From the IMG/VR virus record IMGVR_UViG_3300006916_000059, positions 1 to 54,234 of that record: a stretch of 54,234 bases of DNA, one strand, 5' to 3'. A program made the position numbers and the translations under genes. Positions 8,884 to 17,519 of the stretch are shown here, piece after piece; position 1 is the first letter of the stretch, and each line of letters starts with the position of its first letter. The notes beneath the pieces were generated by a model that was not told the DNA's origin, searched no databases, and was given only the letters and a program-made list of their open reading frames with translations. This DNA comes from a virus (lineage: Duplodnaviria; Caudoviricetes).

Positions 8884-9075
8884 ATGGAATGCAGTATATG
8901 TAATGGAGAGATTGAGAAGAAATACACGACTAACCTTGAGGGTGAGCGTGTAATGTATTGGGATGGCGGTCATAACGCACAGCCCATAAATGACGGAAGG
9001 TGTTGTGATGCCTGTAACGAAGTAGTCGTAGCAGTAAGAATCGCAAAAATGTTTGGTAGGAGGAAAGCAGAATGA
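8884..9075 (+). CDS. Small Zn-finger protein
   Basis: CSIC...GHNAQPINDGRCCDACN pattern, common in phage small proteins. Confidence 0.65.
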   Translation: MECSICNGEIEKKYTTNLEGERVMYWDGGHNAQPINDGRCCDACNEVVVAVRIAKMFGRRKAE

Positions 9076-9281
9076 CAGAAGTAAAACAGAAGTTAGAAGA
9101 ATTAGCAGAAGAATATAACGACTTAGAGCAATTGCTTAGAGACGCAGAGGTGGCGGAAACACTTGTTGACGCTCTCACAAGCGAGTTAGGAGACAGACAC
9201 GGTTGGTTAAGTGAAATCGTGTATTATCTGCGTATGGAAATCGAAGAGAAGATGCAAGAGATAGAGGGTAGATTAGAATGA
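9072..9281 (+). CDS. Small coiled-coil protein
   Basis: E/L heptad pattern; ATGA coupling. Confidence 0.55.
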   Translation: MTEVKQKLEELAEEYNDLEQLLRDAEVAETLVDALTSELGDRHGWLSEIVYYLRMEIEEKMQEIEGRLE

Positions 9282-9814
9282 ACATATTCGTATTAGACGA
9301 GAACCCCTTCCATGCGGCTATCATGTATTGCGACAAGCATCTGCCTAAGATGGTAGTCGAATTGTACCAACAATTAGGCTCAAGTGTACGCAGACATGGT
9401 GCTACAGACGACATGATGCCAATAGCAAAAACATCCGGCAAGCCTCTGAAAGGCGGTTATCACAACCACCCTGCGACTCGCTGGGTGGGCGAAAGTCGTG
9501 ACAATTTCATATGGGCTTGCTATCATGCCTCTGCTTTAGCACAAGAGTATGCCAAAAGATTTGGTAAAACCCACGCTTGCGCTGATGGTATAGAGCATCT
9601 ATGGTCTCTGTCTTCTCTTATTCCCGAAGGGAAAATGACTCCCTTCGTTCAATGTATGCCGGATGAGTTTAAACACGAAGACGCAGTTGTGGCATACAGA
9701 GCATACTATCACAGCAAACATTTCGCAAAATGGCAAAAGGGTCGCCATGCGCCCTATTGGTGGAACGATGAGCAATACCTGTATGGTGTTAAGTATGAAG
9801 TGGGAGGTGCATAA
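9278..9814 (+). CDS. Pyrimidine-dimer DNA glycosylase (T4 endonuclease V/DenV-like family)
   Basis: MNIFVLDENP...CDKHLPKMVVE...HNHPATRW...EYAKRFGKTH...AYRAYY...W signature. Confidence 0.8.
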   Translation: MNIFVLDENPFHAAIMYCDKHLPKMVVELYQQLGSSVRRHGATDDMMPIAKTSGKPLKGGYHNHPATRWVGESRDNFIWACYHASALAQEYAKRFGKTHACADGIEHLWSLSSLIPEGKMTPFVQCMPDEFKHEDAVVAYRAYYHSKHFAKWQKGRHAPYWWNDEQYLYGVKYEVGGA

Positions 9815-9846
9815 ATACAATATACTCATTAGAGTATGTTGTTAGT

Positions 9847-10623
9847 ATGCAGACAATAAGACTTCATGGCGAATGGTTGATATGTCCTCTCGAAGAAATC
9901 AAAGTCATAGACTTTCAGTGTTGGAGAAAGAATGGTCGCAACAAGCGAAAATTCTCACCCTACCTGCATCTGCAAGTAGGTTCACACCATGTAGTGTTTG
10001 ATGGCTATGATTCCGTATGGTCGTTTTTAGATACGATACAACCTAATATGTATCGCACTATCGTAAACTCGGCTATGAAGGGGGATATTAAAGAAATTCC
10101 TTTCTTTAAATATGAATTAGACGCTCTGATAGAAGAATCGCATTTGGAGTTGATTACGATTACAATCGCCTCTGATAGGATTCTAATCCCAAATTCTACT
10201 AAATCTCTTGAATGCTATCTTGTTAAGGATATTGTTGCGAATGAAATAATCGAAAATGATATTTCAAAACACAACTTTGTTGTAAAGACCTATACTCCTT
10301 ACAGGTCTAAACATGGTCTTGAGTATGTGCCTACGGAGATATACGGTTCTCACCCACAATATGCTATGCTTATCCATGCGGATAATACATACATCACACA
10401 GAGCCTCGTATACAATCCAGATGGCGCAGACTTCAGACCCGTTAGGACACACGCTTCAGACGACATAAGTTTTGCTAAAGAGATTTTAAACGATATGATA
10501 TTCAGAATGACTGAATACGAATATCCGCAAAACGATTTAGATAACAAAGACTCTATCGGTATGCGTTACATAGAAAGGGATTCTATCGAACATGAAAGAT
10601 TTATTTTTGCTCTGCAAAATTAA
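9847..10623 (+). CDS. Hypothetical protein adjacent to the candidate origin
   Basis: 258-aa ORF, no recognised motif. Confidence 0.6.
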   Translation: MQTIRLHGEWLICPLEEIKVIDFQCWRKNGRNKRKFSPYLHLQVGSHHVVFDGYDSVWSFLDTIQPNMYRTIVNSAMKGDIKEIPFFKYELDALIEESHLELITITIASDRILIPNSTKSLECYLVKDIVANEIIENDISKHNFVVKTYTPYRSKHGLEYVPTEIYGSHPQYAMLIHADNTYITQSLVYNPDGADFRPVRTHASDDISFAKEILNDMIFRMTEYEYPQNDLDNKDSIGMRYIERDSIEHERFIFALQN

Positions 10624-10803
10624 TTCAGAAAGAATTAATCGCATTCAGTGATGCGTTTTCGGTTTATTTTTTATTTTTTCTTAGATATATTTCTAAAAAG
10701 GGTTTTCTTTATTATTAGTAAATAATAAGGTTTTAACTCTTAGGAAATAAAAAAGAATAATCTGATTAGGCTCTAAGTGTTGCGTTTTATTTTTTCTGAA
10801 TTA
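10621..10803. other. Candidate replication origin: AT-rich nested inverted repeat
   Basis: Outer arms 10621-10643 and 10781-10803 match 20/23 as an IR; T-tract and A-tract inner arms; central ttattatt-agta-aataataa; directly upstream of the MCM operon. Confidence 0.6.
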
Positions 10804-10827
10804 TTTCAGAGATTCCAAAACATTAGA

Positions 10828-10840
10828 TTGATAAGGTCAT
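10828..10840 (+). promoter_or_regulatory. TATA-like promoter TT(A/G/T)AT(A/T)AGG(A/T)CAT; further copies at 17930, 19891, 22321 and 26771
   Basis: Recurrent 13-mer about 30 nt upstream of ATGs that lack an SD sequence. Confidence 0.65.
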
Positions 10841-10858
10841 AAGGGGGTATGTAGCAAC

Positions 10859-11665
10859 ATGGGAGAAATAGTAACAGTAAATGAAACGGACTTTATTTGG
10901 AGTAATGGTATACCTAAAGGTATCAAGCGAGCGATTCTATTCGATGCGGTAGGGTCAGACCACATACCCGCAGTAGTGGGTTCTTCGCTTGTAAAGAAGG
11001 TAGAACCTGTAGGTTACATGACTTCAAAACATATACCTTCATCCCCGCATACGATGTTAAGTTTCGGTTTTACAGGCTGGCCTATATATTACGGAAACGA
11101 TGAAGAGACTTTAGTAATTGAGATTCTAACACCCGCACACATAAGTACGGATAGTGGCGCACAGAAAAATGCGTGGCTTTTCAATTACCCACCGGCAAGA
11201 GATGTAGCAGTTATGCTTGATAACATAGGTTGCGAAACATTTTGCTTGCTGACTTCTGACGCTTTCGATGTAAGGAATGGAGAAGGTCTTGAGAAACCTG
11301 CGCTTGTAAAGGGTGAAGATATTGGTAACAAAGAGATTAGTAGAGACAGTCTCCAGACTCTATGGGGTTGGCTACCAGCATTCGTCTTCTCGCAAATAAA
11401 AGGTAAAGGTGCTTCGGTTCTGATTATACCTTCTCACGGACAGAAAATGGAGGTCACTCCATTCCAAGAAACTCATATCAATGCTACTATTGACATTCTC
11501 AAAAACTTAGGTTTCAAGATAGAAGGTTGTAAGAAAAGGGCGAAAGACATATATGCTAAGGCTTCTTCCGATACCGTAGAGGCGGCGAAAATGGCAGATG
11601 AGGTGATAACGAAAATGCTAAACAAAACGAGAGCGAGTAAGTATGAGGGGGGTATGTTCGGGTGA
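10859..11665 (+). CDS. PAC2/PbaA-PbaB-like proteasome assembly chaperone/activator homologue (divergent)
   Basis: Order of motifs matches the PAC2 family by eye (ILFDAVG...VGSSLVKK...VGYMTSKHIP...PIYY...LDNIGCETFCLL...GASVLII...IDILKNLGFKI...); C-terminus GGMFG resembles HbYX. Confidence 0.5.
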   Translation: MGEIVTVNETDFIWSNGIPKGIKRAILFDAVGSDHIPAVVGSSLVKKVEPVGYMTSKHIPSSPHTMLSFGFTGWPIYYGNDEETLVIEILTPAHISTDSGAQKNAWLFNYPPARDVAVMLDNIGCETFCLLTSDAFDVRNGEGLEKPALVKGEDIGNKEISRDSLQTLWGWLPAFVFSQIKGKGASVLIIPSHGQKMEVTPFQETHINATIDILKNLGFKIEGCKKRAKDIYAKASSDTVEAAKMADEVITKMLNKTRASKYEGGMFG

Positions 11666-12978
11666 ATATATTCGACAGGATGCTTGATTTCTGTAAAAGA
11701 AATCACATCATTGATGTAGATGACAAAGTACCAATCTTCCTATGTAGTATAGGCGGTCATTTGTTTAATACTGTAAACAAATGTAGTATGTGTGATTTCG
11801 CACCGAGAGAAGGAGACGGAGAAGATTCTCGGAGATTCGTTATTGAAGACTGTCCTCTTCGCCATACCAACTATCCTATCTACACACCCCGTTCTTCAAT
11901 AGCAGATACAAGAATCAACATTCTCATGCGTGGCGCAAAGGGTTCCGGTAAGAATGTTCTGATTGACTTATTCTGCGCTGAACATACAGGTGTGTTATGG
12001 AATCCCGAAGGATTCAGAGGTATTGGTTTTCGCACTATGATTGGCCCAAACTCTATCACAGAGGCGGGTATGTTCGGCTCTGTAAATGATGATGGTCAAA
12101 TCGTAGGGAGACCTCTCGCAAGAGAGACTTGCGGTGGTTTTCTCTGCTTTGAAGAGTTTTCATCTGTATCAGATGCAAACAAGAAAGACCATAGTATTGA
12201 CATGAAGAATCAATTGCTAACTTCGTTAGACTCTGGTCGTGTGAACAAAGGTATGCGTGATGGATGGGTGCGATACAATACTCGCTACACCGTATGGGGC
12301 GGAACACAACATGGTCGTATGGATTTGGAGTCTGGACTTGACCGTAGGTTTTTCATCATTGATATTAACATGGATGCTGAAAAGGAGGCTCTATACAAAG
12401 AAGCACAGAATAAACAAGCGAGTATGACGAGAGAAGAACGAGCGTATCTTGCAGGTGAGATTCTTGATTTACGGGCGTGGTTTATTGACAGGCAGTTATC
12501 AGTGACCCTCAATCCCCCTACGGGAGTTATGTTTAGCAAAGAGTTTGAAGATTGGGTTATGAAAGAATCGGTTCGTTCTTTCGAGTCTGATTTGTTTCGC
12601 AGATTAGCAATAGGTTATCACATGATGCGTGATGAAGAATGGAAAGGTGGTATCTTGCAGGTAGAGATGGATGATGCTCTACTCGAATTGTTAGAATCAT
12701 CTTTAAAGATGAGGCGAGATGTTATGGATGAAGACATTCGTCTTATCAAGACTACCTTCTGGGATAAAGATGTGCCACGAAGCACTTTAATAAAAGATGT
12801 TGCTAAACTAATCACAGACCATGATTACCAATCCGCTAAGAGGTGGATTGATGATACCTTGAAAGGTCAAGCATGGTTTACAGAATTTAGTCCTCGTACA
12901 GAGGGTAGGGGTAGAAGAGGCATTGTGTGTAGGTTTGGTCTGCCAGACGAGGGCGAGAATATGAAATGGGGTGTATGA
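11662..12978 (+). CDS. mcm: MCM-like AAA+ helicase (motor domain only, Zn insertion, probable C-terminal wHTH)
   Basis: RINILMRGAKGSGK (cf. RGDINILLxGDPGxxK), SITEAGMFGSV, GGFLCFEEF Walker B, pre-sensor-1 region RYNTRYTVWGG, Arg finger LDRRF. Confidence 0.7.
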   Translation: MNIFDRMLDFCKRNHIIDVDDKVPIFLCSIGGHLFNTVNKCSMCDFAPREGDGEDSRRFVIEDCPLRHTNYPIYTPRSSIADTRINILMRGAKGSGKNVLIDLFCAEHTGVLWNPEGFRGIGFRTMIGPNSITEAGMFGSVNDDGQIVGRPLARETCGGFLCFEEFSSVSDANKKDHSIDMKNQLLTSLDSGRVNKGMRDGWVRYNTRYTVWGGTQHGRMDLESGLDRRFFIIDINMDAEKEALYKEAQNKQASMTREERAYLAGEILDLRAWFIDRQLSVTLNPPTGVMFSKEFEDWVMKESVRSFESDLFRRLAIGYHMMRDEEWKGGILQVEMDDALLELLESSLKMRRDVMDEDIRLIKTTFWDKDVPRSTLIKDVAKLITDHDYQSAKRWIDDTLKGQAWFTEFSPRTEGRGRRGIVCRFGLPDEGENMKWGV

Positions 12979-12979
12979 T

Positions 12980-13270
12980 ATGGGAAAAAGAAAACCGAGA
13001 AGAGAAGCGAGATTTGCGAATTGGAGAGATGCTTGTTACAAGTTTCTGCTTGAAGATGAAGGCGAGTATAATACAAACGAATTGACGCAGAGGGTTCTGA
13101 CGGCAGATGGTAGGGTGTGGAAAAACTCACCTTCTGTGCGAGAAATCTGCCAAGTCCTCAAATACGACAGTAGGTTCGAGTATGTCGGCAATACGCAGAG
13201 TAAAAGCGTATTAGGCGGTAAATACATGAGTGCTACATTCAGAGCAAGGAGGTCGAAAGATGGTCTTTGA
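12980..13270 (+). CDS. Winged-helix DNA-binding protein
   Basis: WRDACYKFL...NTNEL...EICQVLKYDSRF; paralogue of the next gene. Confidence 0.55.
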   Translation: MGKRKPRREARFANWRDACYKFLLEDEGEYNTNELTQRVLTADGRVWKNSPSVREICQVLKYDSRFEYVGNTQSKSVLGGKYMSATFRARRSKDGL

Positions 13271-13523
13271 AGCGAAAAAATATAAGGTGTTTAGAAACGC
13301 TTGCTTTGATTATATATCTCAAAGTGGCCCCTCTACCACACAAGAGTTGATGTATAATCTTACAGGTAAAGTCAACCCAAGACATATGCCACAGAGTAAT
13401 AACTCTGCGGGGCAGGTTCTGAAAAGAGATAAGAGGTTTTCAAAAATTGAAGGTAAGTCGTACTATCTTACTTCCGGACAAAATGCTAATGCTTTGTATT
13501 GGGGGATAGCAGATGAAAAGTAA
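13260..13523 (+). CDS. Winged-helix DNA-binding protein (paralogue of the upstream gene)
   Basis: FRNACFDYI...TTQEL...GQVLKRDKRF. Confidence 0.55.
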   Translation: MVFEAKKYKVFRNACFDYISQSGPSTTQELMYNLTGKVNPRHMPQSNNSAGQVLKRDKRFSKIEGKSYYLTSGQNANALYWGIADEK

Positions 13524-14136
13524 GTGGTTAATAGAAAATAGAATCGCAGATTCTGACGACCATAAAGAAATTGAGGTTCTTAGGTGGGTTCTCGAATCCC
13601 CCGAATGTCCTTTATGCAATCACCCGCAAGTGAAGGATTTAGAGATTCAGATACACAATGGCAACATGACTACTTCTTATTTAGAAGTGAAGAATGGTTG
13701 GGAGACAGGTATTGTTGAAGAACATATGAAAGAACATATGACCTTTGACCCTTCGGAAGCGAAGGAGGTAGAGGAGACTCGCAAAGAAGCAATCACTACT
13801 TTGGATATGGCGGAAGATGTATTCGGTAGAATAAATTCTTGGCTTGATGAATGGGAGGCGAAGAAAGATGAAGAGGGTATAGACGGTGAGTGGCTTGCTA
13901 ATGCTACTCGACTTATCGGACAGGCTAACTCTTCCCTTAAGTTGATTGGCACTTTGAAAAAGGAGATAGGGGTTGATTCGCAGTTATTACTTGCCAGCCA
14001 GCAAGTCAACGGTGTCATGGGCATACTCGTTGATGTTCTGCGAGCAGAGCCTCATTTGCTAAATCAGATTGAATTGCGTGTTGCGGCTCTTAAGACTCCG
14101 ACATACATACAAGAAGGAGAATGGGAGGAAGTCTGA
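13513..14136 (+). CDS. Zn/HTH plus coiled-coil protein
   Basis: CPLCNHP...HMKEH followed by a helical region. Confidence 0.55.
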   Translation: MKSKWLIENRIADSDDHKEIEVLRWVLESPECPLCNHPQVKDLEIQIHNGNMTTSYLEVKNGWETGIVEEHMKEHMTFDPSEAKEVEETRKEAITTLDMAEDVFGRINSWLDEWEAKKDEEGIDGEWLANATRLIGQANSSLKLIGTLKKEIGVDSQLLLASQQVNGVMGILVDVLRAEPHLLNQIELRVAALKTPTYIQEGEWEEV

Positions 14137-14306
14137 TGGGTATATCATACAATGGTGGTAGGGGTTCTTTGGGCTACAGTATCAGACCCAGAGGTGTGCG
14201 AAAGTGCAATACATGTGGTTTTACTACAGAGGCGAGATACAATACCCACCATAAGTATATATGTGGTCGCAAGGTGTATTGTGGATATATGAGGTTGGTG
14301 AGATGA
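14136..14306 (+). CDS. Small Zn-finger protein
   Basis: CNTC...HH...C...C; TGATG coupling. Confidence 0.5.
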   Translation: MGISYNGGRGSLGYSIRPRGVRKCNTCGFTTEARYNTHHKYICGRKVYCGYMRLVR

Positions 14307-15448
14307 AGATTAGAAATGTATTAGCGTTATTTGACGGCATTTCATGTGGCCGTGTTGCTCTGGAAAGAGCAGGTATAGAGTTTGATACCTACTACGCATC
14401 CGAAATAGACAAGTATGCGATTAAGATAGCACAGAAGAATTATCCCGATACTGTTCAACTCGGTGATGTTAAGAATTGGGGTGAGTGGGATTTAGAGGAT
14501 ATTGATTTGGTTATTGGTGGTTCGCCGTGTCAAGGATTTTCCTTTGCTGGCAGACAACTCAATTTTGATGACCCTCGAAGTAAACTATTCTTTGAGTTTG
14601 TAGATGTTATTAATCACTTCAAACCGAAGTATTTCTTACTTGAAAATGTGATGATGAAACAAGAGTTTCAAGATATTATATCGCAACACTTAGATGTTTT
14701 ACCAATCGAAATCAATAGTAACCTCGTATCGGCACAGAATCGCAGAAGGTTATATTGGACTAACATACCTAACATTAAAAAGCCCCAAGACAAAGGTATT
14801 CTGCTAAAGGACATTCTCGAAGATGGTTGGGTTGACAGAGATAAATCTCATTGTGTAGATGCTAATTACTTTAAGGGAGGGAATCTTAAATCTTACTTCG
14901 AGAAACATAGAAGGCAACTCGTGTTTAGTAGTGATGGTCTGTGTCATGTAGGAGATGCTGATTTGAAAGGTCATGATTCGATTAAGAGAGTTTATCATCC
15001 CGAAGGAAAAGCACCTTCTCTAACTACTATGCAGGGAGGACATAGAGAACCGAAAGTCCTGATTGCTAATCCCGCAAAGATAGTGGGAAGGAAGATTAAC
15101 GCACAAGGAGTGAGAGAAGATTACAATAAAGACATTGAGACTGTTCAATATTTAGAGGTCACGACCTCCGAAAAAAGTAATTGTCTGACTACGCTATCGA
15201 AGGATTCTTTAATTTCTTCTTTGGAGGAGGGTAAATACCCAGAGGCTTACAAAACTTTGCGAGAGACAATAGATTGGAGAAAATTAACTCCCATAGAATG
15301 TGAGAGATTGCAGACATTACCGGATAACTACACCGAATGTGTTAGTAATACGCAGAGATACAAGACTCTTGGTAATGGTTGGACTGTTGATGTTATCTCG
15401 CATATATTTGCTAATATAGGACAGGGAAATAAGGAGGAATGGTTATGA
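14303..15448 (+). CDS. dcm: DNA (cytosine-5)-methyltransferase
   Basis: Motif I LFDGISCG, IV GGSPCQ, VI LLENV, VIII QNRRRLYW, IX-X LTPIECERLQT...LGNGW. Confidence 0.93.
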   Translation: MKIRNVLALFDGISCGRVALERAGIEFDTYYASEIDKYAIKIAQKNYPDTVQLGDVKNWGEWDLEDIDLVIGGSPCQGFSFAGRQLNFDDPRSKLFFEFVDVINHFKPKYFLLENVMMKQEFQDIISQHLDVLPIEINSNLVSAQNRRRLYWTNIPNIKKPQDKGILLKDILEDGWVDRDKSHCVDANYFKGGNLKSYFEKHRRQLVFSSDGLCHVGDADLKGHDSIKRVYHPEGKAPSLTTMQGGHREPKVLIANPAKIVGRKINAQGVREDYNKDIETVQYLEVTTSEKSNCLTTLSKDSLISSLEEGKYPEAYKTLRETIDWRKLTPIECERLQTLPDNYTECVSNTQRYKTLGNGWTVDVISHIFANIGQGNKEEWL

Positions 15449-15621
15449 AATACGGACAGAAATATATTGGGAGTAGAAACTTCCATAGTGCTAAGTTGAC
15501 AAGATATTGTAAGAAATGCAATCGCCATGTATGTCTGTCTAAATTTACAGTTAAATCCAATAAAAAGCAATTGCACTGTGATTACTGTCTGGGGGTAGCC
15601 GTATGGCAAGAAGATGTTTGA
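15445..15621 (+). CDS. Small Zn-ribbon protein
   Basis: CKKC...CDYC. Confidence 0.5.
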   Translation: MKYGQKYIGSRNFHSAKLTRYCKKCNRHVCLSKFTVKSNKKQLHCDYCLGVAVWQEDV

Positions 15622-15723
15622 CGATAGGATGCAAAGCGGAGAAGACGAATAGAGAGAAGAGGTTTTGTTCTGTCTGCGAAATAAAGAATGACAAGTTGAA
15701 TGCTTTGGTTTGGAGGTTATATT

Positions 15724-16008
15724 ATGAAAGCCGGAGAGAAAGTTAAGTGGCGAAACAAAAGTCTGATGGTTCTTATCTCTCGCACTATACCTAAAGAAGA
15801 TTATCCAGATATTGCTAAACAGATGTGTGATGATGGTCTGATTGCTCTGCTTACCCAAGACGGTCTCAAGTGGTATGCTGGTCGTTATCCCGTTCCTAAA
15901 ACATCTGTGCGTGAGATTTGGGGTCTTAGCAGGTCTCAATTGGATTCTTTTGAACGATGGGTTTATATGAACGACCCGTTTATGGTTTTGTTAGCGGAGG
16001 AAGAATGA
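15724..16008 (+). CDS. Hypothetical protein
   Basis: GGAGG RBS before ATG 15724. Confidence 0.55.
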   Translation: MKAGEKVKWRNKSLMVLISRTIPKEDYPDIAKQMCDDGLIALLTQDGLKWYAGRYPVPKTSVREIWGLSRSQLDSFERWVYMNDPFMVLLAEEE

Positions 16009-16118
16009 TGCCGGAATGTAAAGAGTGCGGAGAGCATTGTGAAGCAGAAGACATGAAATGGAAAGACGATGAACCAATATGTGAAGACTGTTGGTTATGG
16101 GATAAGGGGGTATATTGA
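16005..16118 (+). CDS. 37-aa Zn-finger microprotein (MMPECKECGEHC...ICEDCWLWDKGVY), not in the ORF track
   Basis: CxxC...CxxC, GGAGG RBS, ATGA coupling. Confidence 0.55.
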   Translation: MMPECKECGEHCEAEDMKWKDDEPICEDCWLWDKGVY

Positions 16119-16418
16119 ATGAGTAGAATAGGTATGATTAGATTTGATGAGAAGTGGTATACACCACAAGTAGAGGAATTATGTGAAGAAGTATCGCAGA
16201 TATGTTGGGGTAATGTCAAGTTAGATGAACGAGAGCCTTACACTTACGAAGAAACAATAGATGTTCTTCGTGAGTATGAGCGCAAAGCATTAGCCTTCGA
16301 TAGGTTCAGAGAATTATTGGAGAGACATGCAGATGAAGATATTATGTGTATGGAGATGTTAGATTTATTAGACATAGTCCACCGTGAAGTAGACACAGAA
16401 TGGGAGGTTCCACAATGA
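16119..16418 (+). CDS. Hypothetical protein
   Basis: GGGGGT RBS; coupled to neighbours. Confidence 0.55.
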   Translation: MSRIGMIRFDEKWYTPQVEELCEEVSQICWGNVKLDEREPYTYEETIDVLREYERKALAFDRFRELLERHADEDIMCMEMLDLLDIVHREVDTEWEVPQ

Positions 16419-16681
16419 GTAAGAAGTATCGTGGTTCAGCAGTCGAAGCCGCAGTCCAAGAGTGGGAGTTATCCGATTGGTTTACGGCAGACCAACTTCT
16501 GCCAAAGGCTATCGAGACGCTACCGCAGAGGTCGTGTAGTATAACTGTCTATTCTGTATCAAGGCATCTGCGAATTATGGCAAGTAGAGGACTTCTAATC
16601 AGTCGCATAAATTCTAACGGTGTTAAAGAATTTACAAAGTTGATAGGTGAGTATGATGGGGATGCTCATTTTTACGCTTGA
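16415..16681 (+). CDS. Winged-helix protein
   Basis: FTADQL...TVYSVSRHLRIMASRGLLISR wHTH pattern. Confidence 0.6.
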   Translation: MSKKYRGSAVEAAVQEWELSDWFTADQLLPKAIETLPQRSCSITVYSVSRHLRIMASRGLLISRINSNGVKEFTKLIGEYDGDAHFYA

Positions 16682-17312
16682 TGCTGAACCTTACCGTGTA
16701 GGCGAATACATAGAGGGTGATGGTTTTTTCACATCTCCCTCTATTGATACTACGGTTATCTGTCACATCAAAAGACCAGACGCAGAGGATTGTGTAGGTT
16801 GGCTCGATTACATAAAATACAGAATGATAATAGTCTGCGATAAAGCACCTAAGATTGACGATGATAGAGTTATCTACGATAGAAGTTTAAAGAAAGGCAA
16901 TAGAGATTACATATCTGCGATTCAAGCGACACTTCGTTGGCAAGATAGGAATAGGGTCTGGAATAATACACAGAGGGTTCCTGTTCCTCTTATGCTTTCC
17001 TTTCTACGAGAGAATGTCAGAGACATTGAGATATACAGACTTTTAGCAAAGTCTTTCCGTTGGTGTTCAGAGGATATGCAACAAGCCACTATTTGTTTTG
17101 GTATAAGTCCTGTAAAACACAGACCAGCATTCCCCAAAAAGAAAAAGAAAGTAGAGGATTGCGAATTGCATATGTTCAGAGAAAGCGATAAGTATAGAGA
17201 TATGATAATAAAAGACGGTGAAGTTGCTAATCTTATTAGAGCGCAAATCCCCAGAGATAAGTTACCTAAGAAAATGAAGAAGACTAAGGAGAATGTTGTT
17301 TCATGGCTCTGA
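16647..17312 (+). CDS. Hypothetical protein, possibly a degenerate RFC large-subunit-like protein
   Basis: RMIIVCD and DYISAIQATLRW...LMLSFLRENV resemble RFC-L sensor and collar segments; no Walker A; basic tail ending ENVVSWL. Confidence 0.35.
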   Translation: MSMMGMLIFTLDAEPYRVGEYIEGDGFFTSPSIDTTVICHIKRPDAEDCVGWLDYIKYRMIIVCDKAPKIDDDRVIYDRSLKKGNRDYISAIQATLRWQDRNRVWNNTQRVPVPLMLSFLRENVRDIEIYRLLAKSFRWCSEDMQQATICFGISPVKHRPAFPKKKKKVEDCELHMFRESDKYRDMIIKDGEVANLIRAQIPRDKLPKKMKKTKENVVSWL

Positions 17313-17491
17313 CATTCGAGGGTTGTATGATATTGATGTGGCTCTTTTTGCTAATGCCTATGAAAGGCGAAGTCCTTGACAGGTTGTTTAGAATACTTTT
17401 TAATCGAAAAAGTAGATACTTTTCCGATGATAAATATGTAGAGGGTTCTGGGGATTTGTCGGTGGCTTACATAGGTATGTTAGACGAGTAG
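17303..17491 (+). CDS. Small putative membrane protein
   Basis: Hydrophobic N-terminus CMILMWLFLLMP. Confidence 0.4.
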   Translation: MALTFEGCMILMWLFLLMPMKGEVLDRLFRILFNRKSRYFSDDKYVEGSGDLSVAYIGMLDE

Positions 17492-17519
17492 TTAAATATC
17501 GCAAAGTCAAGGACAGTAT

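Noticed and set aside
13513-14136. Terminase small subunit call
   Set aside because: The Zn/HTH plus coiled-coil layout is compatible, but it lies in the replication module with no large terminase nearby; insufficient support
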